A stretch of 64,000 nucleotides of DNA from an uncultured Eggerthellaceae bacterium. GTDB taxonomy: Bacteria > Actinomycetota > Coriobacteriia > Coriobacteriales > Eggerthellaceae. The translations under genes and the position numbers were made by a program. Under the pieces are notes generated by a model, which made no database searches, was not told the origin of the DNA, and saw only the letters and a program-made list of their open reading frames with translations. The first letter of the stretch is position 1. Every line of letters begins with the position of its first letter. The DNA is taken from positions 394 to 64,393 of the forward strand of contig CAZVWE010000010.1 in NCBI GenBank assembly GCA_964631345.1. The letters run 5' to 3'. Shown here in pieces: positions 28,069 to 37,236 of this stretch.

Positions 28069-28761
28069 TCACTTCAGCTCTCCGATGCGAGAGATAGTTA
28101 TCACCTCGAGAGGGGTATCTTTGCCTGACGCCTCTAATGCCCGTCGCACTGCGTTCTCTAGACCACCACAGCAGGGTACTTCCATACGTGCCACTGTTAT
28201 GGAGCGGATGTTGTTACTCTCTAGGATGGCTTGCAGCTTCTCGGCATAGTCAACACCGTCTAGCTTCGGACAACCAATGATGGTCACGCGATCGCGCATG
28301 AAGTCTTTGTGGAAATCTCCATAGGCGAACGCTGTACAGTCGGCTGCTACCAGCAGATCAGCATTTGCAAAATAGGGCGCCTGAATGGGTACCAGCTTGA
28401 TCTCGATAGGCCAAGATGCTATCTGGGAAGGACGCGTGTCCTCTTCTGACCTTTCCGTAGCTGCTACCTCCGCTGCAATGGCCGCTCCAGCGATCGTGAC
28501 GGCATCTCGTCCTTCGTGAGCGAGATGGCTCAATACGGCGGCCTCGTCATAGGGCTTCGCTTCTCGCTCCACAAATGTTATGGCTCCTGTGGGACAAGCG
28601 GGCAGGCAGTCACCCAAACCATCGCAGTAGTCATCCCGTAGAAGCTTCGCCTTGCCGTTCACCATACCGATAGCGCCCTCATGACAGGCGTTCACGCATA
28701 GCTTACAACCTGTGCAGAGTTCCTCGTCAATGTTGATGATCTTTCGAAGCATAGGTTTCAT
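28069..28761 (-). CDS. 4Fe-4S dicluster-domain protein with Cys-rich C-terminal domain
   Basis: CTGCKLCVNAC and CDGLGDCLPACP ferredoxin motifs, plus C-terminal GCPKLDG and VPCCGG. ATG 28761 or 28752 is preferred over the TTG at 28815 because AAGGAG lies upstream. Confidence 0.7.
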   Translation of the reverse strand: MKPMLRKIINIDEELCTGCKLCVNACHEGAIGMVNGKAKLLRDDYCDGLGDCLPACPTGAITFVEREAKPYDEAAVLSHLAHEGRDAVTIAGAAIAAEVAATERSEEDTRPSQIASWPIEIKLVPIQAPYFANADLLVAADCTAFAYGDFHKDFMRDRVTIIGCPKLDGVDYAEKLQAILESNNIRSITVARMEVPCCGGLENAVRRALEASGKDTPLEVITISRIGELK

Positions 28762-29012
28762 CTCCTTATGTGTTTCAGATAGTTCGTCATATGCGCGTAT
28801 TGTATGCGCTTTCAAGAACCTCGAAGACCCTTGGTCTAAAACCGTAATATGCGTGATACGTTGGATATCACACGAACAGAAACATGAGACGCGGGATATG
28901 GGCAGGGCTGGTACATCTCTGACAGCGATAAATTGTTCTAGTTGACATATAACAAATATTCAGTTAAATTGTGCTATATGAGATATAACATTTATGAAAG
29001 AAGGTATTCCTC

Positions 29013-29528
29013 ATGATTATTGCGATAGATGAGGCTTTATCTGATCCCTTATATAAACAGATACATGACCAGATCATAGGCGGGATTGCCACGGGCGAGT
29101 TGGAACCGGGTACATCGCTTCCGTCTGTGCGTGCGCTGGCAAGTGATCTGGGTATAAATTTACACACCGTGAATAAGGCGTATGCGGTCTTGCGCGATGA
29201 AGGCTATGTCCAAATGCGTGGACGATCCGGAGCTGTCATAAGCGAACCAAACGATGCAAGTCGGGCTGACAAAAACCGTGAGACGCTTGAAGCTATGGAA
29301 GACGATCTTTTCAAGTTGGCGCTTACCTATCGGGCATGCGGAGGTACGCGAGGGCAATTCCTCGAATGCGCTGCCGCTCAGGCTGCACGTGCTTATGGAG
29401 TAGTTGGGGTAGACAGGAGCGAAGACGCGACCAAGCGTTCGAAGAAGCGCTCTGCTCGCACGTCGGGAAATGCCGCAGAATGCGCTGTCGGAAGCCTATC
29501 TGCTAACGCTTCCGCACAAGGGGTGTGA
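29013..29528 (+). CDS. GntR-family (YtrA-like) transcriptional regulator
   Basis: PLYKQIHDQI...LPSVRALASDLGINLHTVNKAYAVLRDEGYV winged-HTH. Confidence 0.85.
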   Translation: MIIAIDEALSDPLYKQIHDQIIGGIATGELEPGTSLPSVRALASDLGINLHTVNKAYAVLRDEGYVQMRGRSGAVISEPNDASRADKNRETLEAMEDDLFKLALTYRACGGTRGQFLECAAAQAARAYGVVGVDRSEDATKRSKKRSARTSGNAAECAVGSLSANASAQGV

Positions 29529-29532
29529 GGAC

Positions 29533-30651
29533 ATGCAACCCGTAGATCCAACCATGTATGCCCTGCTGGGGTTGGTATTGCTTTTCGTCCCTGTTACGGG
29601 TGTACTTATGGCAGTAACGCCTTACCTTATGCCGAAGCGTGAGTGTTTCGCTGTGACTATTCCCGATGCTGCCTCGAGTGACCCCGACATCAAGCGTTTC
29701 AAGCGTTCTTTTGCCACCATCGTGGCCGTGGTAACACTGGTGCTTACCGCTCTTTGCGGTGTAAGTATTCTTATTGACCCTGAACACGCATTTCTTGTTG
29801 TCCTAGTCATTTCCGAACTCGTCCTGTGCTTCGGAAGCTACGGATTTATGCTTCACTTTCGCCAAAAGACGATAGCACTCAAGCAGGCGCGGGGTTGGAA
29901 GGCACAGTCAGCCAAGCGAGTCGGTTTTGTTGCCGAAGAGCCTGCACCAAGGCCGATTTCTCAGAAGTGGGATCTTTTGTTTTTGGTTCCCATCGCCATC
30001 ACCGGACTTGTTTGTATCGTTGGTTATCCGCTAATGCCCGAGCGCATTGCCACCAATGTCAATTTGTCAGGGCAGGTTAGCAATTGGGTAGAGAAGACGC
30101 CACTCACCGCGGCCTTCCCGTTTTTGACAGTCGTATTCCTTGATGCCTGCTTTGTCTTCTCACACTGGATGATTTTGCGTTCTAAAAAGGGAGTGGATGC
30201 CGCGCGTCCTGCGGTGAGTGCTTGGGCATATGGAGCATTCGCTCGTGTCCAGAGCATGCTGCTTGTGGGACTTGGAACAATGCTTTCGTTTTTGGGGCCA
30301 ATTATCGCGCTGTCGTTCATGGGCGTCATTACCGTGTTGCAGGCGATGCTTCCCATACTGGTCATGTTGGTGGTTGTGCTCGTGGTGGTGATGGCGGTCA
30401 CGATGATTTATGGACAGAACGGTGCGCGGCTTTTGCGTCGCATGGAAGAGCCTGATTCTATGCCGGTGGACGACGATCGATATTGGAAGTTGGGTATCTT
30501 TTACTGGAATCGTAATGATGCGAGCCTCTTTGTACCCGAGCGCTTTGGGGTGGGGTGGACTATGAATCTTGGAAGGCCGGCTGCATGGGTCATCATCGTT
30601 GGTTTCGTTGTTGTGATTGCCGCGTTTGTAGTCTTTTCGCTCTGCATGTAG
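29533..30651 (+). CDS. polytopic membrane protein (DUF1648/DUF5808-like)
   Basis: Multiple TM helices and a C-terminal FVPERFGVGWTMNLGRP segment. The start is at ATG 29533 behind GTGAGGA and appears translationally coupled to the GntR gene. Confidence 0.55.
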   Translation: MQPVDPTMYALLGLVLLFVPVTGVLMAVTPYLMPKRECFAVTIPDAASSDPDIKRFKRSFATIVAVVTLVLTALCGVSILIDPEHAFLVVLVISELVLCFGSYGFMLHFRQKTIALKQARGWKAQSAKRVGFVAEEPAPRPISQKWDLLFLVPIAITGLVCIVGYPLMPERIATNVNLSGQVSNWVEKTPLTAAFPFLTVVFLDACFVFSHWMILRSKKGVDAARPAVSAWAYGAFARVQSMLLVGLGTMLSFLGPIIALSFMGVITVLQAMLPILVMLVVVLVVVMAVTMIYGQNGARLLRRMEEPDSMPVDDDRYWKLGIFYWNRNDASLFVPERFGVGWTMNLGRPAAWVIIVGFVVVIAAFVVFSLCM

Positions 30652-30708
30652 GGGGGAGTCAGGGGGGGAGTCAAGAGAACCGTCCCCCTGACTCCCCCGG
30701 TGGTGTGG
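30651..30708. repeat. G/C-rich inverted repeat, variant of the GTCAGGGGACGTTC family
   Basis: ggggggagtcagggggggagtcaagagaaccgtccccctgactccccc. The arms gagtcaggggg / ccccctgactc begin at the stop codon. Confidence 0.65.
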
Positions 30709-31313
30709 TGTACTTCCTTCTGAACCCGAGCCAGTTCGATCCAGCCATGCCGACGTTTGTGGAGACGACGCAGCGGCAGTTGGAAGCAGCCGGGCAATCG
30801 ACTTCGATGGATGAGGCACAGATTCGCATGATCGGCTACGCGCAGCTTGCGCTCGTGCTCGTGGCACCGCTGCTTAATTGCGTCACTTGTTTTGGCGAGG
30901 AATGGGGCTGGCGTGGCTATCTTTTGCCTCACATGCTGGAGAAGCACATCGTTACGTTCTCGGCTGTGGCGATCGGCATCATATGGGGACTTTGGCATGC
31001 ACCAATAACGGTACTTGGCCATAATTATGGGCTTGATTACCCGGGATGGCCGGTGCTCGGCATTGCAGCGATGTGCTGCTTCTGTGTGGTGTTGAGCTGC
31101 TTGTTCAGCTGGCTTACCCTGCGTTCTGAAAGTTGCTTGCCAGCTGTGCTCGCTCATGGTGCGGTGAACAGCTGCGTTGCGGCTCCCACTATGTTCCTGG
31201 TTGGGACGGCGAACCCTTTTATCGATCCTACCGCTACAGGCATCGTCGGCGGTATCGGCTTTATTGTAGTAGCCGTGCTTTGCCTGGTTTCACTTCGAAG
31301 GCAGAATGGATAA
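30705..31313 (+). CDS. CPBP-family intramembrane metalloprotease (Abi/CAAX-protease-like), possibly 5-prime truncated
   Basis: EEWGWRGYLLPHM (EExxxR motif), WGLWH and LAHGAVN motifs. Only one hydrophobic helix precedes the EE motif. The start is uncertain (GTG 30705/30708 or ATG 30747). Confidence 0.6.
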   Translation: MVYFLLNPSQFDPAMPTFVETTQRQLEAAGQSTSMDEAQIRMIGYAQLALVLVAPLLNCVTCFGEEWGWRGYLLPHMLEKHIVTFSAVAIGIIWGLWHAPITVLGHNYGLDYPGWPVLGIAAMCCFCVVLSCLFSWLTLRSESCLPAVLAHGAVNSCVAAPTMFLVGTANPFIDPTATGIVGGIGFIVVAVLCLVSLRRQNG

Positions 31314-31351
31314 CAAGGGCAGAACTACATCTAATGATCCTGCCTAGAAGT

Positions 31352-31388
31352 AAAAAAGGGGAGTAAAAGGAACGTCTCTTTTACTCCC
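31352..31388 (-). terminator. rho-independent terminator of the nucleotidyltransferase gene
   Basis: Arms gggagtaaaag / cttttactccc with an 8-nt loop, followed on the minus strand by cttttttac. Confidence 0.6.
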
Positions 31389-31405
31389 TTGGCGACGTGC
31401 TTAGT

Positions 31406-32053
31406 CTATTTCGTTAATATGTTATTGGACCATCGAAGCAGTCTGCTTGCAAGCTCTTCGTTATCCATCTGCACATCTCCGTTATAAGCTTGCAACAGTA
31501 GTCTTTCATCGTCACTTGCCAACTTTAGCAGTTGTGCGCGGCTGTTCACGAAATCGCCTGTCTGAGCAAAATGCTTTGCCCGAATTCCGAAGAACACTGA
31601 CTTCAAGCAACCCTGCAATATGTCTGGAAGCATGTTTGGTTCGAATACTGTTGTGTGACAAAGCGCGTGGTAGATCTCAGACGTACACGCATCGGCTGCA
31701 AGTTTTGCATCCTCAGTGGTAAATTCTGTGTCCATGAAATCGAATGAGCCGTATTTGGTGTCAGTATCGTTCACGAGGTTAAACACATCATGTCGTGGCC
31801 AAGCTGCAAGCACTTCAGGTGATCCAATAAACCCGCAAGCAAGTTCGGCATGAGGCATCTTTTGGATGATGCTGCGATATATGGAAAGCTCGTTGGCGTC
31901 TAAGTCTTCTATAACAACCACGACATCGATATCGCTATCCTCACGTTGCTCGCCCCGAGCTCTGCTTCCTTGTAATCCGACGAGTATGAGTCTTTCCTTG
32001 AACTTGGCTTTCAATTGTTCAATAAGACTATTCATCCAAGTATCTATATCCAT
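31406..32053 (-). CDS. nucleotidyltransferase-domain protein (KNTase/ANT-like fold)
   Basis: LVGLQGSRARGEQREDSDIDVVVV is the classic G(S)x(n)DxD pol-beta-type nucleotidyltransferase motif. A helical C-terminal domain follows. Confidence 0.65.
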   Translation of the reverse strand: MDIDTWMNSLIEQLKAKFKERLILVGLQGSRARGEQREDSDIDVVVVIEDLDANELSIYRSIIQKMPHAELACGFIGSPEVLAAWPRHDVFNLVNDTDTKYGSFDFMDTEFTTEDAKLAADACTSEIYHALCHTTVFEPNMLPDILQGCLKSVFFGIRAKHFAQTGDFVNSRAQLLKLASDDERLLLQAYNGDVQMDNEELASRLLRWSNNILTK

Positions 32054-32160
32054 AAGAGCACCTCTTCTTTCTTACTAGCTTGCGATAGAGACGAATCGTT
32101 ACAGTTCCGGCTTCTTTTCACACCGTTGCTTTTATGACAAGTAAAATAAGAGTGTATGCT

Positions 32161-32796
32161 TTACTCTTTACCGTCAAGTCCCAAGATGGAACGCACACCC
32201 AAAAGTCCGATCGTAATTGCAATGCCTGTCACGGTGAGAATAGGCATGATGAAGCGAAGTTGGACATCCTCTGCAGTGCCAAAGGCCGTGAGCATAGCGA
32301 TTTCGACAGCGAAGATAGAGACAAGTGCGATAGCTAAGTTCACACGACTGTTTGTGATGGCTATAACATCGTCGTCCTTTCTTAGTCTCACATAGGAGAT
32401 TATTGAAGTAGTCAGCGAGTAGAAGGCGAAGGTGGCCATGGCATAGACTATGTACTCATGGTATTCGAAGTTACCTATTTCCTTCATGACCAGCGTAACA
32501 ATACCTGACAGCACAAATACTGACAAAAGAAGCATGACTCCGCATAAGCGTTCTATCTTGCGTGGGTTGCCTTCAGATTTATGCGAAGATCGGCTTAGAT
32601 GAGACAGCAGTGCGAGACGCATAATGCCGAACAACATGTAGTAAGCACCGAGTGTTATGAACCAGACCGATGATTCAAGTACGCCAAGGATAATGTTTGC
32701 AACTGCCCAGATAGCATCGACTCCGAAACCTACCTTCACTCCCAGATAGCGCCGATAGTCCCGATCGCGCATGGCTCTGGTCACAAACTTATTCAT
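32161..32796 (-). CDS. hypothetical integral membrane protein
   Basis: About six hydrophobic helices. The start at MNKFVTR avoids overlap with the upstream gene. Confidence 0.45.
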   Translation of the reverse strand: MNKFVTRAMRDRDYRRYLGVKVGFGVDAIWAVANIILGVLESSVWFITLGAYYMLFGIMRLALLSHLSRSSHKSEGNPRKIERLCGVMLLLSVFVLSGIVTLVMKEIGNFEYHEYIVYAMATFAFYSLTTSIISYVRLRKDDDVIAITNSRVNLAIALVSIFAVEIAMLTAFGTAEDVQLRFIMPILTVTGIAITIGLLGVRSILGLDGKE

Positions 32797-32806
32797 GCAG
32801 TATGTC

Positions 32807-33133
32807 CTACAAACGTGAGGCGAGATCCATGATCTGGGGTTTGGCAACCTCGCGCAAGTTTGCCAAATTACGTTTGTAGAGAGGGTAAGTTACGCAAGCA
32901 ATAAGAAGTCCGAGGATGCCAATAAAGATGCCTAGCACGAAAAAGTTGCTTGTCACCATAGTAAGACTCATGCCTATGCCAAGAAGCAGGCATCCGAGGA
33001 TACCGATTGTGATTGCACGAAGACCTGCCTTTCTCTTCACAGTCTCTTCTATGGCAACAATCTGATCTTCTACTCTATTCTCCAGATTTTCGTGAGAGTA
33101 CATCTCAACAATCTCTTGAGCTGTTTTCTCCAT
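32807..33133 (-). CDS. hypothetical small two-TM membrane protein
   Basis: 108 aa with an acidic N-terminus and two hydrophobic helices. It is divergent from the TetR gene. Confidence 0.45.
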   Translation of the reverse strand: MEKTAQEIVEMYSHENLENRVEDQIVAIEETVKRKAGLRAITIGILGCLLLGIGMSLTMVTSNFFVLGIFIGILGLLIACVTYPLYKRNLANLREVAKPQIMDLASRL

Positions 33134-33236
33134 TTGTGAATCCTTTCAAAACGACATGTGACGTTTTGTAGTTTAAGATGCTAATCATGTTCGTACAACG
33201 ACATACATAAAGGCATCTGTTGTTTTAAGGGGGTTT

Positions 33237-33794
33237 ATGGATAAAGCTGAATCGAAATTCACGAACATGGCAAAGAGAATGGATGCTGCGATGCTCGAAC
33301 TCTTGGAAGAGAAAGCATTCAACGAAATTACGGTTACAGATGTGTGTAAAGCAGCTGGTGCACATCGTTCCACGTTCTACTCTCACTACAACAATACACA
33401 CGAGCTTCTCAACGAAGTCAGGGACGACACCATGCGGAAGTTTTACGCGAGTTTTGAGCATCTCCCACGAGAAGCTACTTTCAAAGACCGCGAATACCTA
33501 GACACCTATTTGAGGTTCATAGAAGACCATAAGCGACTGTTTAAGATATTCCTTGAGAACATCAATCTTTTTGATGGCTTCGGTGTGCTTATGAATCTAG
33601 AGGAGAATATGCATGATATAGCTCCCGCTAATAGCACTCAAGAAAAACGATGGCGACACTACAAACTGCTCTTTATAGCATCTGGAATCACAAGTATCGT
33701 GTCGTTTTGGCTAGAGTCTGGGTGTGCTGAATCGAGAAGTGAGCTCATAGAGATCATCCTCTCCTGTTCAAGCGATGAATGTTGTTTTCGGTAG
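33237..33794 (+). CDS. TetR/AcrR-family transcriptional regulator
   Basis: FNEITVTDVCKAAGAHRSTFYSHYNNTHELL HTH. Confidence 0.85.
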   Translation: MDKAESKFTNMAKRMDAAMLELLEEKAFNEITVTDVCKAAGAHRSTFYSHYNNTHELLNEVRDDTMRKFYASFEHLPREATFKDREYLDTYLRFIEDHKRLFKIFLENINLFDGFGVLMNLEENMHDIAPANSTQEKRWRHYKLLFIASGITSIVSFWLESGCAESRSELIEIILSCSSDECCFR

Positions 33795-33828
33795 ATGAGC
33801 TGCCAATATTCCTAAGAAAAAAATATTT

Positions 33829-33965
33829 GCAAAAATTTAAATAACGACTTGCTTTGGCACCTCTAACTTAAATGAGTTTAAGTTAGAGATATTCGAAAGC
33901 TGTCTAATAAAAAAATTCGCCTTAAATTCTTTCTTATTCGGTTCCAACCTCAAGGATGTCCATGT
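33829..33965. repeat. 137-bp direct repeat, copy A (covers last 32 nt of the Fic gene plus downstream region with hairpin)
   Basis: Matches 35136-35272 with 3 mismatches by eye. It contains the hairpin ctctaacttaaa-tgag-tttaagttagag (33861-33888). Confidence 0.9.
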
Positions 33966-35073
33966 ACTCTTTAAAAACATACGTCTTATTTCTTTTTCTT
34001 GTAGGATCATCATCTACAAGAATCCCGATCTTTTCCAATTGATGAATCAATGTGCCCGCTGTTGGATCACTGACTTCGGCTATCTCGGCTACACGTTTTC
34101 TGGTGATTCTTGGCGTAACAAAAAGTGCATCAAGAATCTTGCGTGCATTAATCGATGATACATTGCTTAATGCGTCTATTGCCTCTATCTTCTCTAGCCT
34201 GAGCGCATCAATTTTTTTGGCAGATTCTGTTGACTCTGTAGATATTTCGATAATTCCGCGAAGAAAAAATTTAACCCATTGTTCCCATTCGCCGTGATTT
34301 CTGACTGCCATGAGCTTGTCATAATATTCAGCTTTGTTTCTTTTGAAGTAATAACTCAAATATAAAAGCGGCTTATGAAGAATATCCTGCTGGTAAAGCC
34401 AAAACGTAATAAGCAGTCGCCCCATTCGTCCATTACCATCGATAAAAGGATGAATTGTCTCAAATTGGGAATGTATCAACGCAATCTTGATCAAAGGAGG
34501 AACGTCATCTTCGGCATAAAAGTAATTCTCCAGCTCTCCTAGCGCCTCTTTCATGTCATCCACACAGGGAGGAATATAGATAGCATCCGATAGTGAACAT
34601 CCTGCTGGTCCAATCCAGTTTTGAGTATGTCGAAACCTTCCAGGAGAATATTCGCTGCCTCGCCCTGATGAAAGAAGTTGCTCATGGATCTCACAAATCA
34701 ATCGCAAGCTTAGAGGCAAATCATTTATCCGGTCTATACCGTAATTAATTGCCTTGACGTAATTAGTAACCTCTTTTGCATCAGATGTTTGAATATCTTC
34801 TGCCTCTAACACTTCAATTAAAGATGCTTGAGTTCCCTCGATTTGAGAACTCAGCAGCGCTTCCTTTTTCACGTACATAGATACGAAGAGGTCTGGATTG
34901 GGGAGAGTTTGTGTTACCCCATCCAGTCTCCCAAGGGCTCTATCAGCTTTCGAAAGTAAAGTCAGCATCTCTGCATCTATCTTTAATTCAGGAACAGGAG
35001 GAAGCGGACTAGGCTTAAAGGATTTGTAACCAGTGGGTTGCTGTATATAATACCCGGCTCGATGCTCCACCAC
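33934..35073 (-). CDS. Fic-family protein (Fic 1)
   Basis: HPFIDGNGRMGRLL Fic motif, N-terminal inhibitory-type SSQIEG and a C-terminal wHTH-like region. GTG ~35073/35070 behind AAGGGAGA is preferred over ATG 35139. Confidence 0.85.
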   Translation of the reverse strand: MVEHRAGYYIQQPTGYKSFKPSPLPPVPELKIDAEMLTLLSKADRALGRLDGVTQTLPNPDLFVSMYVKKEALLSSQIEGTQASLIEVLEAEDIQTSDAKEVTNYVKAINYGIDRINDLPLSLRLICEIHEQLLSSGRGSEYSPGRFRHTQNWIGPAGCSLSDAIYIPPCVDDMKEALGELENYFYAEDDVPPLIKIALIHSQFETIHPFIDGNGRMGRLLITFWLYQQDILHKPLLYLSYYFKRNKAEYYDKLMAVRNHGEWEQWVKFFLRGIIEISTESTESAKKIDALRLEKIEAIDALSNVSSINARKILDALFVTPRITRKRVAEIAEVSDPTAGTLIHQLEKIGILVDDDPTRKRNKTYVFKEYMDILEVGTE

Positions 35074-35135
35074 GATTCTCCCTTTAATTAAGCATGTCTT
35101 GATTGATTTGATTCTATCGTAAGAAAAGAAAATGG

Positions 35136-35272
35136 GCAAAAATTTAAATAACGACTTGCTTTGGCACCTCTAACTTAAATGAGTTTAAGTTAGAGATACT
35201 CGAAAGCTGCCTAATAAAAAAATTCGCCTTAAATTCTTTTTTATTCGGTTCCAACCTCAAGGATGTCCATGT
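35136..35272. repeat. 137-bp direct repeat, copy B (relic of a Fic 3-prime end plus its downstream region)
   Basis: See copy A. The relic reading frame continues beyond the repeat as ...NHFEQKEHMDILEVGTE*, compared with ...TYVFKEYMDILEVGTE* in the intact gene. Confidence 0.9.
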
Positions 35273-35375
35273 GTTCCTTTTGCTCGAAATGGTTTTAGAA
35301 TAAAAGTTGTTGAAAAAGTGCGCATAAGCGTTAGCAAGATGCTGCTAATGACTTCGAGCTACGAACCCTGGAAAT

Positions 35376-36143
35376 ATGGCTATAGAAAGCATCAGGATGA
35401 ATCAGACAAAAGATCAACAGCATGAAATTCCCAGAGTGTTGGTTGTAGAAGACGATTCATCCATCAACGATGTGATTTGTCGTCAGCTTTCTCGTCTAGG
35501 AGTAGCTCCGGAACCGACTTTTTCTGGAACCGAAGCGAAGAGAGCACTCGATTCAGAGGATTTCGATCTTATCATCACCGACCTCATGTTGCCTGGAATG
35601 ACTGGTGAGCAGGTGATAGAGCTCATACGAAGTCACGATGTTCTTGTGCCTATAATCGTTGTGTCTGCGCGAACGGAGACAAGGGACAAAGTTGACGTTT
35701 TAGGTCTTGGAGCCGACGACTATCTCACTAAGCCATTTGATCTTGATGAGCTTTCCGCACGTATTCAAACGCAGTTGCGGCGTTCATTAGCTATTCGCTC
35801 GGCGAAACAGAATAGTGATAATGATCTTGATCGATCTGCAGCACTTGAAATAGGTGTATTGAGCATCAATGTCGATCAAAGAACTCTAACGATCGAGGAT
35901 ACGGAAATTCCTCTGACTCGCACAGAGTTTGAGCTTCTAGAATTGCTTGCAAAATTTCCCAAACGGGTTTTCACAAAGCAGATGCTCTACGAGCATCTCT
36001 GGAACGACACTCCACCGGGAGACGACAATACCATCACTACTCATATTTCTAATTTGCGCTCGAAACTAAAGCCATATGGGGCGGATAAATACATTCAAAC
36101 CGTGTGGGGTATTGGCTTTAAACTTGAAGTTCCTTCATTATGA
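35376..36143 (+). CDS. OmpR-family response regulator
   Basis: Receiver VLVVEDD...DLIITDLMLPGMTG plus a winged-helix C-terminus (WGIGFKL). Confidence 0.9.
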   Translation: MAIESIRMNQTKDQQHEIPRVLVVEDDSSINDVICRQLSRLGVAPEPTFSGTEAKRALDSEDFDLIITDLMLPGMTGEQVIELIRSHDVLVPIIVVSARTETRDKVDVLGLGADDYLTKPFDLDELSARIQTQLRRSLAIRSAKQNSDNDLDRSAALEIGVLSINVDQRTLTIEDTEIPLTRTEFELLELLAKFPKRVFTKQMLYEHLWNDTPPGDDNTITTHISNLRSKLKPYGADKYIQTVWGIGFKLEVPSL

Positions 36144-36306
36144 GCGGGCAGTTGCAGGAGCGTTCTTCCTCATTTCTTAAGAGGCAGAGCTTTGCATTTC
36201 CCACGCATAACGAATTCTTGAGACTTTTTTTATCTTTTCCCAAAAGTGTCTTTATCCTTCCTTCCCAAACTAGGGTCATCATGACAACCCTAAAGGAAGG
36301 AGGAAG

Positions 36307-37236
36307 ATGCTAGCGTTAGAAACAAGATCTCTTACGAAGGCTTACGGACACTGGTATGCCGTGAATGATTTCAACATGCATGTACCAGAAGGCTCTGTTT
36401 ATGGATTTGTCGGGAAGAACGGAGCCGGCAAATCAACAGTCATGAAGATGATCGATCATTTGGTTAAACCTACATCTGGATGCATCTATCTGTTCGAACA
36501 AGAAAGTGATGTTGAGGAACAACAGATCTTGAGACGAGTGGGATCTTTGATCGAAGACCCTGGTGTTTTCCCTAATATGAGTGTGAAAGATAATCTCATG
36601 TGCAAAGCACTCGCTATTGGTCTAGTGAACCCGAAAGTACATTGTGTTGAGATGCTTGAAACTATCGGTCTGAAAAAAGTTGCTTCGAAGCGCGTTAAGA
36701 AGCTTTCGCTTGGCATGAAGCAGAGACTGGGCGTAGGATTAGCGCTTCTCGGTTCTCCTGATCTGCTGCTTTTGGATGAACCTTTCAACGGTCTTGATCC
36801 CGAAGGTACTCGAGAACTTCGCGCACTGATAGTTCGTCTTAATAAAGAACGGGGAGTGACAGTAGTTATCAGCTCTCATGTTTTAGATCAGCTCGATCGC
36901 ATTGCGACTGACTACGGGATTATCGCCGATGGCAAAATGATCACTGAACTGAGCGCCGATGAGGTCGATCACATGTGTGGTGACAGCCTGAAATTGAGAG
37001 CGGACATGCCCGAGCAGGCTCTCGTCAAGCTGCAAGAAGCGCTTCCTGAGTTTGCATATTCGATGGAGCCAGGTGAGGTCATCCGCATTAGCGGCACGGC
37101 AGACGCAGACCTTATCGCTATGACTCTGAAGCAGGAGGGTATTACGGTTCTGGAGCTTAGCGTTATAAAGCGCGATATCGAAGACTTCTTCATCGAGATG
37201 ATGGAGCGAGGTGGTTGCGATGTTCAATCTGCTTAA
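36307..37236 (+). CDS. ABC transporter ATP-binding protein (ABC-2/lantibiotic-bacitracin-type exporter)
   Basis: Walker A GKNGAGKST, signature LSLGMKQRL and Walker B LLLLDEPFNGLD. Confidence 0.9.
   Translation: MLALETRSLTKAYGHWYAVNDFNMHVPEGSVYGFVGKNGAGKSTVMKMIDHLVKPTSGCIYLFEQESDVEEQQILRRVGSLIEDPGVFPNMSVKDNLMCKALAIGLVNPKVHCVEMLETIGLKKVASKRVKKLSLGMKQRLGVGLALLGSPDLLLLDEPFNGLDPEGTRELRALIVRLNKERGVTVVISSHVLDQLDRIATDYGIIADGKMITELSADEVDHMCGDSLKLRADMPEQALVKLQEALPEFAYSMEPGEVIRISGTADADLIAMTLKQEGITVLELSVIKRDIEDFFIEMMERGGCDVQSA

Noticed and set aside
30160-31157. Two long minus-strand ORFs (235 and 218 aa) across the membrane-protein and CPBP genes
   Set aside because: They are His/Arg/Pro-rich antisense translations of GC-rich membrane-protein genes. 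The sense-strand products carry recognisable motifs.
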